From assembly GCA_041649115.1 (NCBI GenBank), contig JBAZNT010000001.1, forward strand, positions 140,325 through 204,324: 64,000 nt of DNA, given 5' to 3'. The notes under the pieces are model-generated. The model worked only from the letters and a program-made list of their open reading frames with translations, did not search any database and was not told the origin of the DNA. Position numbers and translations under genes: made by a program. Shown piece by piece: positions 1-9,548 of the stretch (its first letter is position 1; every line of letters begins with the position of its first letter). This DNA comes from Candidatus Omnitrophota bacterium (GTDB taxonomy: Bacteria > Omnitrophota > Gorgyraeia > Gygaellales > Profunditerraquicolaceae).

Positions 1-2580
1 GTTTTGACCAGGCCCGAGGCAGCGGTATTTTTCAGGGAGCACCTTTTTGAATTTGACCTCTCTTATTACCGCCCTCTAGCCGAACCCACCCGTTTTATCG
101 AATCCATGATTTCGGTTTTCAGCCGCGCCAAGGACGAGGATATCTCTCCCCGGGATTACCTGGATTATGCCCGTGAACTTAACGCCAGGGCAGTCCATAA
201 TAACGATCCTGCCTTGCAGGAAGAGGCACGCCAGCAAATGGAGATAGCCTTGGCTTATGCCAGATACCAGGAGTTGTTTGCCAGCCACGGCGTAGTAGAT
301 TTCGGGAACCAGTTTTATCTGGCGCTTCGGCTCCTTAGGGAGCACCCGCTAGTTCTAAAGAGTTACCAGGAGCAGTTCAAGTATATACTCGTAGATGAAT
401 TTCAGGATACCAATTTTGCCCAGTTCCAGCTGGTGAAATTACTCGCAGGCAACGCCGGCAACATCACGGTGGTTGCAGACGACGACCAGTGTATCTACAG
501 GTGGCGCGGGGCCGCCTACAGCAACGTGATGAATTTTACCGAGACTTTTCCGCAGTCAGACAGGATTAGCCTTATACGCAATTACCGTTCCACCCAGGTT
601 ATCCTGGATTCCGCCTATCGCCTGATTCAGAATAATAACCCGGAGCGCTTTGAGGTCAAGGCCGGCATAGACAAAAAACTTGTCAGCGCCGATAAGGCCA
701 AGGGGCATTCTCCGCAGCATTTGCATTTTGATACGAATTCGGCGGAGGCCGACTGGGTGGCCTCGACTATCCAGGAGAAGGTCAAGACCGGCAGGTTTAA
801 ATACCGTGATTTTGCAATATTGGTGCGTTCCAATTCCGATGCCAAGGCGTACCTGCAGGCCCTTAATATGCAGGCTATTCCCTGGCAGTTCAGCGGTAAC
901 CAGGGGCTTTATTCCCGCGAAGAAGTGAAACTTTGCATTAGTTTCCTGCGCGCAGTGGCAAACCAGTCGGATTCGCTAAGCCTCTATTATCTGGCGACGA
1001 GCGAGGTATATTCGCTTGAGCTTTCGGATATAGGTCTGTGCATGCATTATGCCAGGCGCAGCAATAAACCGCTCTTTACGGTATTCAAGAGCCTGGCTGA
1101 TATAGAGGAATTAGCGGAGGTCAAAGAGGGATCCCGCAGAAAGATTAAAGAAATACTGGAGGACCTGGATAAATTTCTCAGGCTTTCGCGGCAGGATACC
1201 ACCGGCAGGCTATTGTATAGCTTTTTGACCGATACCGGCTACCTTAAAAGGCTCGCCAGGGATATGAATCTCGAGAAGGAAGCCAAGATCCAGAACCTCG
1301 CCAAGTTTTTTAATATCGTAGGAGATTTTGAGTTGGTGGCAAAAGAGGACCGGGTAATCAACTTTGTAGGTTACCTCGACCTTTTGATCGAAGCGGGGGA
1401 CGACCCCGAGACCGCCGAGAACGACCCGAACGCAGATTTGGTAAACGTCCTTACCATCCATAAGGCAAAGGGGCTTGAGTTTAAGACCGTATTCATGGTC
1501 AGCCTGGTAAATACCAAATTTCCAGTTTCGGCGCGCAGGCAGTCCATTCCCCTGCCCGGCTCCCTTATCAAGGAGATAATTCCGGAGGGCGATTTTCATA
1601 TCCAGGAGGAGCGGCGTCTTTTTTATGTCGGGATGACCCGCGCCGAGAGGGAGCTTTATTTTACCTCTGCCATGGATTACGGTGGCGCTCGTACGCGCCG
1701 CGTCAGCCAATTTGTGTCCGAATCGCTGGGGGGGGAGGGCAAGGAGAAGGGGGCGCGCAGCAGGAGCGCCCTTGAGGCGATACGGAGATTTGCCCCGTCA
1801 AGGCATTCGGCTAATCCGGTCCCGGCTTCTCTCGGCGATGGACAGATTCTGCCTCTTAGTTTTTACCAGATTGACGATTACCTTACCTGCCCCTTAAAAT
1901 ACAAATACGTACATATCCTGCGCGTGCCTATTATGGAGCACCATACCGTTATCTACGGCCGCGCCATGCACGAAGCGGTAACGAAATACTTCCAGTTTAA
2001 GATGGCTGGCAAAAAAATACAGCCGGGTGAGCTCCTGGAGGCATTCCGCTTGAGTTTTGACCCGCGGGGTTTTATCAGCGAGGAGCACCAGGAGGAACGT
2101 TTTCGCATCGGCCAGGAGGCGCTGCTGCGTTTTTACGGCGCCGAAGAAAAACGCGGCTCCCGCCCCCTCTATATCGAAAAAGATTTTTCTTTCATGCTTG
2201 ATGATAATAAGATTCGCGGGCGCTTTGACCGTATTGATAAAGATGAGGGGGGAGCGATTATCATGGATTTTAAGACCTCCGAACTTAGCAGGCAGCAGGA
2301 TGCCGATAAGCGCAGCCGCGACAGCCTCCAACTTAGTATATATGCCTTGGCATATCGGAATATTTTCGGCGAACTTCCGAAGCTGGTGCAACTGTATTTT
2401 TTGGAGTCTGGTTTAATCGGAAGCTCCGAGAGAGATGAGGAAGGCCTCCGTAAAATCCAGGATAAAATCAGGGTAGTAGCGGCAGGTATCCGTTCCCGCC
2501 TTTTCGAGGCCAAGCCCGAATACATGGCATGCAGATACTGCGCCTACAACCAGATCTGCCCTTCGGCAAGCATAAGGTAA
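1..2580 (+). CDS. UvrD/PcrA-type SF1 helicase fused to a C-terminal PD-(D/E)XK (RecB/AddB/Cas4-like) nuclease domain; the 5' end lies outside the window
   Basis: The frame is open from base 1. Helicase motifs VDEFQDTNFAQ, TVVADDDQCIYRWRGA, NYRST, TIHKAKGLEF and RRLFYVGMTRAEREL are present. The C-terminal region has DRIDK...MDFKTS and the Cys pattern CPLKY...CRYCAYNQIC (C-Xn-CxxCxxxxxC), the Fe-S arrangement of AddB/Cas4/Dna2-type nucleases. Confidence 0.8.
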   Translation, partial: VLTRPEAAVFFREHLFEFDLSYYRPLAEPTRFIESMISVFSRAKDEDISPRDYLDYARELNARAVHNNDPALQEEARQQMEIALAYARYQELFASHGVVDFGNQFYLALRLLREHPLVLKSYQEQFKYILVDEFQDTNFAQFQLVKLLAGNAGNITVVADDDQCIYRWRGAAYSNVMNFTETFPQSDRISLIRNYRSTQVILDSAYRLIQNNNPERFEVKAGIDKKLVSADKAKGHSPQHLHFDTNSAEADWVASTIQEKVKTGRFKYRDFAILVRSNSDAKAYLQALNMQAIPWQFSGNQGLYSREEVKLCISFLRAVANQSDSLSLYYLATSEVYSLELSDIGLCMHYARRSNKPLFTVFKSLADIEELAEVKEGSRRKIKEILEDLDKFLRLSRQDTTGRLLYSFLTDTGYLKRLARDMNLEKEAKIQNLAKFFNIVGDFELVAKEDRVINFVGYLDLLIEAGDDPETAENDPNADLVNVLTIHKAKGLEFKTVFMVSLVNTKFPVSARRQSIPLPGSLIKEIIPEGDFHIQEERRLFYVGMTRAERELYFTSAMDYGGARTRRVSQFVSESLGGEGKEKGARSRSALEAIRRFAPSRHSANPVPASLGDGQILPLSFYQIDDYLTCPLKYKYVHILRVPIMEHHTVIYGRAMHEAVTKYFQFKMAGKKIQPGELLEAFRLSFDPRGFISEEHQEERFRIGQEALLRFYGAEEKRGSRPLYIEKDFSFMLDDNKIRGRFDRIDKDEGGAIIMDFKTSELSRQQDADKRSRDSLQLSIYALAYRNIFGELPKLVQLYFLESGLIGSSERDEEGLRKIQDKIRVVAAGIRSRLFEAKPEYMACRYCAYNQICPSASIR

Positions 2581-2584
2581 AAAG

Positions 2585-3793
2585 ATGATTGATTTTGGCC
2601 CGTGGGAAGCAAGTCCCCCTGAGGTGAGATTGACGCTTCTGGCAGCAAGGGCCTTAGTCAGCGGCGCCGATAAGGAAACAACCCAGGAACTTTTAAACCG
2701 TCAATCCCTGGATTGGGGCCAGTTCAACAGACTCATCAGATACCACGAATTATCGCCTTCCGCTTATATCATCCTAAAAGAATTTCCTGCGTTAGTCTCT
2801 CAGGAAGAGCTAAGATTACTGGAGCAGCAGTTTTACTGCAACCTCCTGCGTTTAAGTTTGCTGCAGCAGGAGCTGATTGAAATCATGGGTAATCTTCAAG
2901 CGCGCAACATTACGGTTTTACCATTAAAGGGAGCGCATTTTCTTTTGGATCCCGAGCCCTACGGCGACAAGGCTTATTTAAGACCGATGCTCGATATGGA
3001 TATCCTGGTCAAGAAGGGCGACTATCATGAGGCGCAGCGTATCCTGGAATCCAGAGGATATCTCAAGGAGCTATACGACAGAAAAGAAGAATACTGGCGC
3101 AGCAGAAGCTACCATCTTGCTTTCAGGAAAAAGTCCGGCGGTAGAATCAACTATATGGTAGAGTTGCACTGGGGATTGGACTATCCTAAGAATAATCATT
3201 TGTTGCCGCAATTCTGGGAGAGAAGTATAAAGAGGCAAAGGGAAGGGGGGTGTATCTATCTTTGTTCTCCGGAGGACACGCTCCTGAGTCTTGCCTTGCA
3301 CCAGCGTCGTTTCGGCAAGATGCTTTTATTGAAGAACGCCTGTGACGTAGCTTTATTATTGCGCAGATATAAAGATGCGTTGGATTGGGATTACCTCCTG
3401 CGGGAGGCAAAGGAGGCGCGGATGCTCACCGTGCTTTATTTTGTCCTTTTTCAGGCAGAGTTTCTGTTTGGCCCCCGGATACCGGACGCCTTTTTAAAGA
3501 CATCGGGGGTGGCGGGGTATAAAAGAAAATTAATCCGTGATTTTATCCTGGAAGATACCTTTAGCTGTCGTCCGGACTTAAAGAGGCTTTATCTCAAGGC
3601 CCATTTTTTGCTTTATGATAATTTTGCGCAACCCCTAAGGGTCGTGTTAAATATTCCGCAGGAACAATTTGCCAAATTCTACGGTTTATCGCCTTATGTT
3701 TTTACCACCGTTATCCGTTATCATTTTCGCTGGTTTTATTTTATTAAAAGTTGCGTAGAAATTCTGCATAAAACATCCATTCGCAGGCGATAG
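2585..3793 (+). CDS. Uncharacterised nucleotidyltransferase-family protein (NTP_transf_5-like)
   Basis: 402-aa ORF starting 5 nt after the helicase stop. The pattern LPLKGAHF...LRPMLDMDILV...ELHW resembles the 'uncharacterised nucleotidyltransferase' family. Recognition is from memory only. Confidence 0.5.
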   Translation: MIDFGPWEASPPEVRLTLLAARALVSGADKETTQELLNRQSLDWGQFNRLIRYHELSPSAYIILKEFPALVSQEELRLLEQQFYCNLLRLSLLQQELIEIMGNLQARNITVLPLKGAHFLLDPEPYGDKAYLRPMLDMDILVKKGDYHEAQRILESRGYLKELYDRKEEYWRSRSYHLAFRKKSGGRINYMVELHWGLDYPKNNHLLPQFWERSIKRQREGGCIYLCSPEDTLLSLALHQRRFGKMLLLKNACDVALLLRRYKDALDWDYLLREAKEARMLTVLYFVLFQAEFLFGPRIPDAFLKTSGVAGYKRKLIRDFILEDTFSCRPDLKRLYLKAHFLLYDNFAQPLRVVLNIPQEQFAKFYGLSPYVFTTVIRYHFRWFYFIKSCVEILHKTSIRRR

Positions 3794-4111
3794 GGGCGTT
3801 TGGTTATTTGCAATTCTCCTTGATTTCGTCTCTCGGCGATAGTATCATGTTAGCTTAGGCAGTCGTATTTGTGGCGCACGCTTTGGCCGAAGAAAAGCGG
3901 AGATTTAGAGGCAACTGATAAAAACCCATCTCGAGCCGCTATAAAATCTCCGACATGAGCCTTTAGACAATACCAGGCCCTCCTGAAGATAGCCTGATTT
4001 TCTCCGGTCATTTTTGATCGTGGAAGTATCCGGATACGCCATTAAACGCGCTAGAATATCCGGGAGGTTCAGCTATTGCCGGTTCCCGAGAGAATATTAA
4101 TAATGAATATA

Positions 4112-4140
4112 TTGACTTGCCATGCAAAGTAGCGTATAAT
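4112..4140 (+). promoter_or_regulatory. Sigma70-type promoter of rpsO-pnp
   Basis: TTGACT (4112-4117), 17-nt spacer, TATAAT (4135-4140). GGAGG at 4155-4159 lies 9 nt before the TTG start at 4169. Confidence 0.6.
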
Positions 4141-4168
4141 GTTTAAAAAATGAAGGAGGTGAAGCAAG

Positions 4169-4438
4169 TTGGCGTTGGTAAAAGAACAAAAAAAGCAGCT
4201 TATTGATGATTTTAAGGTTCACCCCAGGGATACGGGTTCTCCCGAAGTGCAGATCGCGTTGCTTACAAGCAGGATCAATAACCTGGGAGATCATTTCAAG
4301 AATCACAAGAAGGATTTTCATTCCCGCCGTGGTCTCTTGATACTGGTAGGAAGAAGGCGCAGGCTTTTGGATTATCTCAAGACCAAAGACATCAAGAAGT
4401 ACGAGGATGTCCTGGAAAAACTCGACCTGAGGAAATAA
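4169..4438 (+). CDS. rpsO: 30S ribosomal protein S15
   Basis: 89 aa. The sequence [48 protein letters not shown] is typical S15. TTG start with a strong RBS. Confidence 0.95.
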   Translation: MALVKEQKKQLIDDFKVHPRDTGSPEVQIALLTSRINNLGDHFKNHKKDFHSRRGLLILVGRRRRLLDYLKTKDIKKYEDVLEKLDLRK

Positions 4439-4486
4439 GAGCTTTCCGCTATTATCCTTATAAAATCATAACAATGAGGGGGCATA

Positions 4487-6565
4487 ATGCAAATTAAGTT
4501 CGGCGAGAGGGAATTAGTTTTAGATACCGGTAAGGTTGCCCGTCAGGCCAACGGCTCGGTTGTCGTTACCTACGGTGGTACGGTAGTATTGGTTACTGCC
4601 TGCATGTCCAAAGAGCCGCGTGAAGGGCAGGATTTTTTCCCTTTGACCGTGGAATACCAAGAGAAGACCTATGCCGCCGGCAGGATACCGGGGGGGTTTT
4701 TTAAGCGCGAAGGCAGGCCTTCCGAAAGCGAGATATTGACATCGCGTCTGATAGACCGTCCTATCAGGCCGCTGTTCCCGAAGGGGATGTTTAATGATGT
4801 GCAGGTAATGGCAATTGTTATCTCCAGCGACGGAGAGAACGACCCCGACGTGTTGGCGGTCAACGGCGCCTCGGCGGCCTTGTCCATTTCAGACATACCT
4901 TTCGCAGGACCGCTTGCATGCTGCAGGGTAGGCAGGACGGACGGCAGGTTTGTGCTTAATCCCACCTACGCGCAGTTAGAAAATTCCGACCTCGACATCG
5001 TGGTGGTAATGAACAAAAAAGGCGTGGTAATGCTGGAGTCCAAACTCAAGGAGGTAGGCGAGGATGTTTTTATAGAGGCGGTAAGGTTTGCCTGCGATAA
5101 CCTGAAGGGGATTATTGCGATGCAGGAAGAGTTCGTTGGGAAATTCGCAAAGCCCAAAAACGAAACCGTTGCCTACCGGAAGATCGATTCTTCCCTGCAA
5201 AATAAGGTCGAGGAGCTCTCGGCCGGGAGATTCAAGGCTATTTATGACTTAAGCGAAAAGCAGGAGCGCGAGGAGGCAGTAGACATTCTTTCCAAGGAGC
5301 TCGAGGCCAAGCTTGCGGAAGATGGGTTTGAGGCCGCTGATATCAAGACGGCCCTCTCAGAAGCAGAGAGAAAAGAGCTGCGTAAAAAAATATTGGAGGA
5401 GGGAATCCGCCCGGATAAAAGGGGTTTTAAGGATATCCGGACCATTACCTGCGAGGTTGCGGTATTGCCGCGTACCCACGGTTCAAGCCTTTTTACCCGC
5501 GGGCAGACCCAGAGCCTGGCGGTTACTACGCTTGGTACCGGAGACGACGAGCAGTTAATCGAGGCCCTGGAGGGCGAGAAATACAAAACTTTCATGTTGC
5601 ATTACAGCTTTCCTCCTTTTAGCGTAGGAGAGACTGCTCCGGTGCGCGGCCCGGGGCGCCGCGAGATCGGCCACGGCGCGTTGGCGGAGAAGGCGCTTTT
5701 GGCAGTGATGCCTTCCAAAGATAAATTCCCATACACCATCCGGGTGGTATCCGAGATTTTAGAATCCAACGGTTCTTCCAGTATGGCTACGGTATGTTCC
5801 GCAACCCTTTCTCTTATGGATGCCGGCGTGCCCATTAAAGAGGCAGTTGCGGGAATTGCCCTTGGTCTTGTAAAAGAGGGCGCTAAAGCGGTAATATTGA
5901 GCGATATCACGGGGGTGGAGGATCATTTCGGAGATATGGATTTTAAGGTTGCCGGCACCAGAAGCGGCTTGACCGCAGTGCAGTTGGATTTAAAGATTGA
6001 CGGCATCGCTACGGAGCTCCTTGAGAAATGCCTGTTTCAAGGAAAAGAGGGCAGGGATTTCATATTGAGCAAGATTAATGCCGCGCTTGCAGGACCGCGT
6101 CAGGATCTATCGTCTTATGCGCCGCGCATCGAGGTGCTTAAGATTAACACTGAGAAGATCGGCGAGCTTATCGGTCCAGGAGGCAAGAACGTCAAGGCTA
6201 TCATAGCCGCTACCGGAGCCAGCGTCGACATCAAGGACGACGGTACGGTCCTGGTAGGCTCTACCGATTCGGCCGCTTCGGCAGAGGCAATCAAGATGAT
6301 CAAGCTTATTGTAGAAGATGTTGAGGTGGGTCGTATATATTCCGCCAAGGTTAAGCGTATCATGGCCTTTGGGGCATTTTGCGAGATCGCCCCGCGCAAG
6401 GAAGGCCTGGTTCACGTCTCGGAATTAGCCAACCGCTTTGTCAAGAACGTGGAGGACGAAGTCAAGATAGGAGACGAGATCAAGGTAAAGGTTATCGGCA
6501 TAGACGAAATGGGCAGGATTAACCTCAGCAAAAAACAGGCAGAAGAAAATAATAGTGAGAAGTGA
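4487..6565 (+). CDS. pnp: Polyribonucleotide nucleotidyltransferase (PNPase)
   Basis: 692 aa with two RNase PH-like halves (FFKREGRPSE, GSSSMATVCSATLSLMDAGVPI), then KH and S1 (GRIYSAKVKRIMAFGAFCEI). Canonical rpsO-pnp synteny. Confidence 0.95.
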   Translation: MQIKFGERELVLDTGKVARQANGSVVVTYGGTVVLVTACMSKEPREGQDFFPLTVEYQEKTYAAGRIPGGFFKREGRPSESEILTSRLIDRPIRPLFPKGMFNDVQVMAIVISSDGENDPDVLAVNGASAALSISDIPFAGPLACCRVGRTDGRFVLNPTYAQLENSDLDIVVVMNKKGVVMLESKLKEVGEDVFIEAVRFACDNLKGIIAMQEEFVGKFAKPKNETVAYRKIDSSLQNKVEELSAGRFKAIYDLSEKQEREEAVDILSKELEAKLAEDGFEAADIKTALSEAERKELRKKILEEGIRPDKRGFKDIRTITCEVAVLPRTHGSSLFTRGQTQSLAVTTLGTGDDEQLIEALEGEKYKTFMLHYSFPPFSVGETAPVRGPGRREIGHGALAEKALLAVMPSKDKFPYTIRVVSEILESNGSSSMATVCSATLSLMDAGVPIKEAVAGIALGLVKEGAKAVILSDITGVEDHFGDMDFKVAGTRSGLTAVQLDLKIDGIATELLEKCLFQGKEGRDFILSKINAALAGPRQDLSSYAPRIEVLKINTEKIGELIGPGGKNVKAIIAATGASVDIKDDGTVLVGSTDSAASAEAIKMIKLIVEDVEVGRIYSAKVKRIMAFGAFCEIAPRKEGLVHVSELANRFVKNVEDEVKIGDEIKVKVIGIDEMGRINLSKKQAEENNSEK

Positions 6566-8751
6566 GAGAAAAGCGACTAAACGAAATCAAAGGAGTTCTT
6601 CTCATCGCGTTAGGCTTGATGCTGCTGGCGAGCCTCATCAGGCCAGAGCGCCTGGATCTCTCTTTTTATACCTCTTACCCAAATAACCCCCCCCTGAATC
6701 CCCTGGGAATTTTCGGAGCATATCTCGGCGGCATCCTGGTTCTTCTTATCGGGCGCATTACCAGCCTTGTTTTGCCGCTCTTGATTCTGTTCCTGGGGAT
6801 AAGCATGTTCAGGCAAAAGGAGCATGACCTGCGTTTGGCGCGCGTCGTGGGAGGATTAGTATTTCTTATATCCCTGAGTTCTCTGGCGGGGATGGTTTTT
6901 ATAGGCAACGAGACAAGCGCTTTTTACCTGGCAGGCTTTTTGGGTTTTAGCCTATCCCGCCTTGTTACGACATACCTGGGGCGCCTCGGAGGATATATCG
7001 TTTTTACGACCCTCGCCGTGCTTTCCTTCGTGTTGGTTACCGATATCCTCTTGTCTATGCTGATCTCGCGCGCCTTGGAAAAAATCAAGGGTTTCAAGAA
7101 ACCGGTGTTCCGCTTCAAGAGAAGCGCCAGGTCTGCGGGGGTTAAGTCCATTATTATGGAAAACAGCGGGCCCCGTCGGGAATCGTTGGTTTCCGAGCCC
7201 AAGATCATTACCCGTGAACCCAGGGTTGCCGCAGGGGCCATCCCAAAGCCAAAAATCCAGATTAAGTTAAAAGAAAACAAGGAGCCGCTGCAGCCTAAGA
7301 TTAAGCCTTCCGAGGTTAAGGTCGGCGATTACCACTTGCCTTCGCTCGAGCTTTTAGATTCCCCTCCTCCCTTAGAGGCAAGGCAGATTAAGGAGGATCT
7401 CCAGGCGAGCGCCCGCATACTGGAAGAGACCCTGGAGGATTTCGGAATTTCCGCAAAGGTAACGGACATAGAGAGAGGGCCGGTTATTACGCGCTATGAA
7501 CTGGAGCCCGCCCCCGGAGTTAAATTAAACCGGATTGTAGCGCTGGGTGACGATATCGCCTTGGCCATGAAGGCGCAGTCAGTGCGTATTGTAGCGCCTA
7601 TCCCCGGTAAAGGCAGGGTGGGGGTAGAGGTCCCCAACACCCAGAGCAGCTTTGTTTATTTAAAAGAGGTGCTTTCCTCGGCGGAGTTCCAGGATTCCAA
7701 GTCCAGGCTTGCCCTTGCGTTGGGCAAGGACATCTCAGGGCATCCCGTAGTCACCGATCTCTCCGATATGCCGCATCTGTTGATCGCAGGCACCACCGGT
7801 TCGGGTAAGACCGTTTGCGTTAATTCCCTCATATTATCCATGCTGCTTAAAAATACCCCCCAGGAATTAAAATTCTTGATGGTTGATCCCAAGATGGTAG
7901 AATTAATGCCTTTTAACGGTCTGCCGCACTTATTGTGCCCCGTCATCACCGATGCCAAAAAAGCCGCGGTAGCCTTGACCTGGGCCCTCGGCGAAATGGA
8001 AGAGCGCTATCGGCTTTTTTCCAAGGTAAGTGCCCGTAATATCGATTCCTATAACCAGAAGCAGGAAAGGATTCCGTATATCGTTATTATTATTGACGAG
8101 CTGGCAGATTTAATGATGGTTTCCCGCGACCAGATTGAGAACGCCATTACCAGGCTCGCGCAACTTTCACGTGCCGTCGGCATACACCTCGTTCTGGCCA
8201 CCCAGCGGCCCTCTGTGGATGTGGTCACGGGGGTTATCAAGGCGAATTTCCCGGCCCGCATTTCGTTTAAGGTGGCATCAAAGGTTGATTCCCGCACCGT
8301 GCTGGATATGAACGGCGCGGATAAATTGCTTGGTAAAGGGGATATGCTTTTTCTAAGGCCGGGCGAATCCAAGTTGGTGCGAGCCCAGGGGTGCCTTGTT
8401 ACCGATAAAGAGATTGAGCGCCTGGGGGATTTTATAAAGTCCCAGGCAGAGCCGATTTATGACGAGGAGATACTCCAGGGGCAGGAGAAGGCCGAGCTGC
8501 ATTCCGGCGTCTACGAGAAAGACGAACTCTATGAAGATGCAGTGCGAATCATTATGGAGAGTAACCAGGCTTCGGTTTCCATCCTGCAGAGGAGGCTCCG
8601 GCTTGGTTATACCCGCGCCGCGCGCATCATCGATACCATGGAGCAGGAAGGCATGATCGGTCCTTTTGAAGGAAGTAAGCCGCGCAAGATTCTCGTTGAC
8701 CGCGAGAACTGGCTTGAAGACAAGGTAATCCCCCAGGAGGAAGAGAGCTAG
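6562..8751 (+). CDS. ftsK: DNA translocase FtsK
   Basis: N-terminal TM segments, Walker A IAGTTGSGKTVCVN, Walker B VIIIDELADLMM, and a gamma winged-helix tail SILQRRLRLGYTRAARIIDTMEQEGMIGP. GTGA overlap with the pnp stop. Confidence 0.93.
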   Translation: MREKRLNEIKGVLLIALGLMLLASLIRPERLDLSFYTSYPNNPPLNPLGIFGAYLGGILVLLIGRITSLVLPLLILFLGISMFRQKEHDLRLARVVGGLVFLISLSSLAGMVFIGNETSAFYLAGFLGFSLSRLVTTYLGRLGGYIVFTTLAVLSFVLVTDILLSMLISRALEKIKGFKKPVFRFKRSARSAGVKSIIMENSGPRRESLVSEPKIITREPRVAAGAIPKPKIQIKLKENKEPLQPKIKPSEVKVGDYHLPSLELLDSPPPLEARQIKEDLQASARILEETLEDFGISAKVTDIERGPVITRYELEPAPGVKLNRIVALGDDIALAMKAQSVRIVAPIPGKGRVGVEVPNTQSSFVYLKEVLSSAEFQDSKSRLALALGKDISGHPVVTDLSDMPHLLIAGTTGSGKTVCVNSLILSMLLKNTPQELKFLMVDPKMVELMPFNGLPHLLCPVITDAKKAAVALTWALGEMEERYRLFSKVSARNIDSYNQKQERIPYIVIIIDELADLMMVSRDQIENAITRLAQLSRAVGIHLVLATQRPSVDVVTGVIKANFPARISFKVASKVDSRTVLDMNGADKLLGKGDMLFLRPGESKLVRAQGCLVTDKEIERLGDFIKSQAEPIYDEEILQGQEKAELHSGVYEKDELYEDAVRIIMESNQASVSILQRRLRLGYTRAARIIDTMEQEGMIGPFEGSKPRKILVDRENWLEDKVIPQEEES

Positions 8752-8756
8752 AAGGC

Positions 8757-9548
8757 ATGGAATCCATAGGTGCAAGGCTAAAAAAGATACGTCTGGAAAA
8801 AGGATTTACCCTGGAGGACGTTCACAAGGCCACCCGTATACATATCAGTATCCTCAAGGGCATTGAGGAGGACGGGCTTATAAACATCAGCCCTATCTAT
8901 ACCAGGGGTTTTTTGAAGAATTACTGCAAATTTTTAGGAGAAAACCCTGCCGACTATATCACCGATTACAGAGAATCGCAGGCGCCGTTAATAGCCAAGA
9001 GCGGGCAAAAACATAAAAAGTCCTCCTTGCTTAGATATGCCTCCTTGAGCATCCTTTCCATCAAGTCCCGCTTTAAGGCTAAGGCGTTCCTCGCCGTTAT
9101 CGCTGGTATATTTGCGGTTGTCATTGTATTTAATTTAGGCAAGGCCATCGTGACGAAGATAGGTTCGTTTTTACACCGTCCGCGCCAGGCCTCGACCGTT
9201 GCTTCCGGGAGGGCGCAAAAGACCGGCCAGGCGGCAGCGGCAGTCAACCCCAGGCAGCGCGAGATCTCGTTGCCGGCCAATAGTGGCAGCGGCGTAAGGC
9301 TCACTATCTATGCCAGAGAAAACTGTTTTCTGGAGGTGAAGTCTGACGGCAAGGTAATGTTTAAAGGCAGGCTAAGAAAAGGCAGGTCAGAGAGCTGGCG
9401 GGCTAATAGTAGGATAGAACTTTCTTTGAGCAACGCCGGCGCAGTGGACCTGCAGATTAACAGCAGGCACATCGCCAGCCTCGGCGCAAAAGGACAATCC
9501 CTCAAGAATATCGTCATTACCAAGGACAGCCTTGTTATACCGCGATGA
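8757..9548 (+). CDS. rodZ: RodZ-like cytoskeleton protein (HTH + TM + DUF4115-like C-terminus)
   Basis: N-terminal HTH IGARLKKIRLEKGFTLEDVHKATRIHISILKGIEED, one TM segment (FLAVIAGIFAVVIVF), and a C-terminal beta-rich domain. Confidence 0.7.
   Translation: MESIGARLKKIRLEKGFTLEDVHKATRIHISILKGIEEDGLINISPIYTRGFLKNYCKFLGENPADYITDYRESQAPLIAKSGQKHKKSSLLRYASLSILSIKSRFKAKAFLAVIAGIFAVVIVFNLGKAIVTKIGSFLHRPRQASTVASGRAQKTGQAAAAVNPRQREISLPANSGSGVRLTIYARENCFLEVKSDGKVMFKGRLRKGRSESWRANSRIELSLSNAGAVDLQINSRHIASLGAKGQSLKNIVITKDSLVIPR

Noticed and set aside
3850-4011. 53-codon minus-strand ORF (MTGENQAIFRRAWYCLK...) in the long gap upstream of rpsO.
   Set aside because: It has no Shine-Dalgarno sequence and no recognisable domain, and it overlaps the inverted repeats. 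Evidence for a gene is insufficient.
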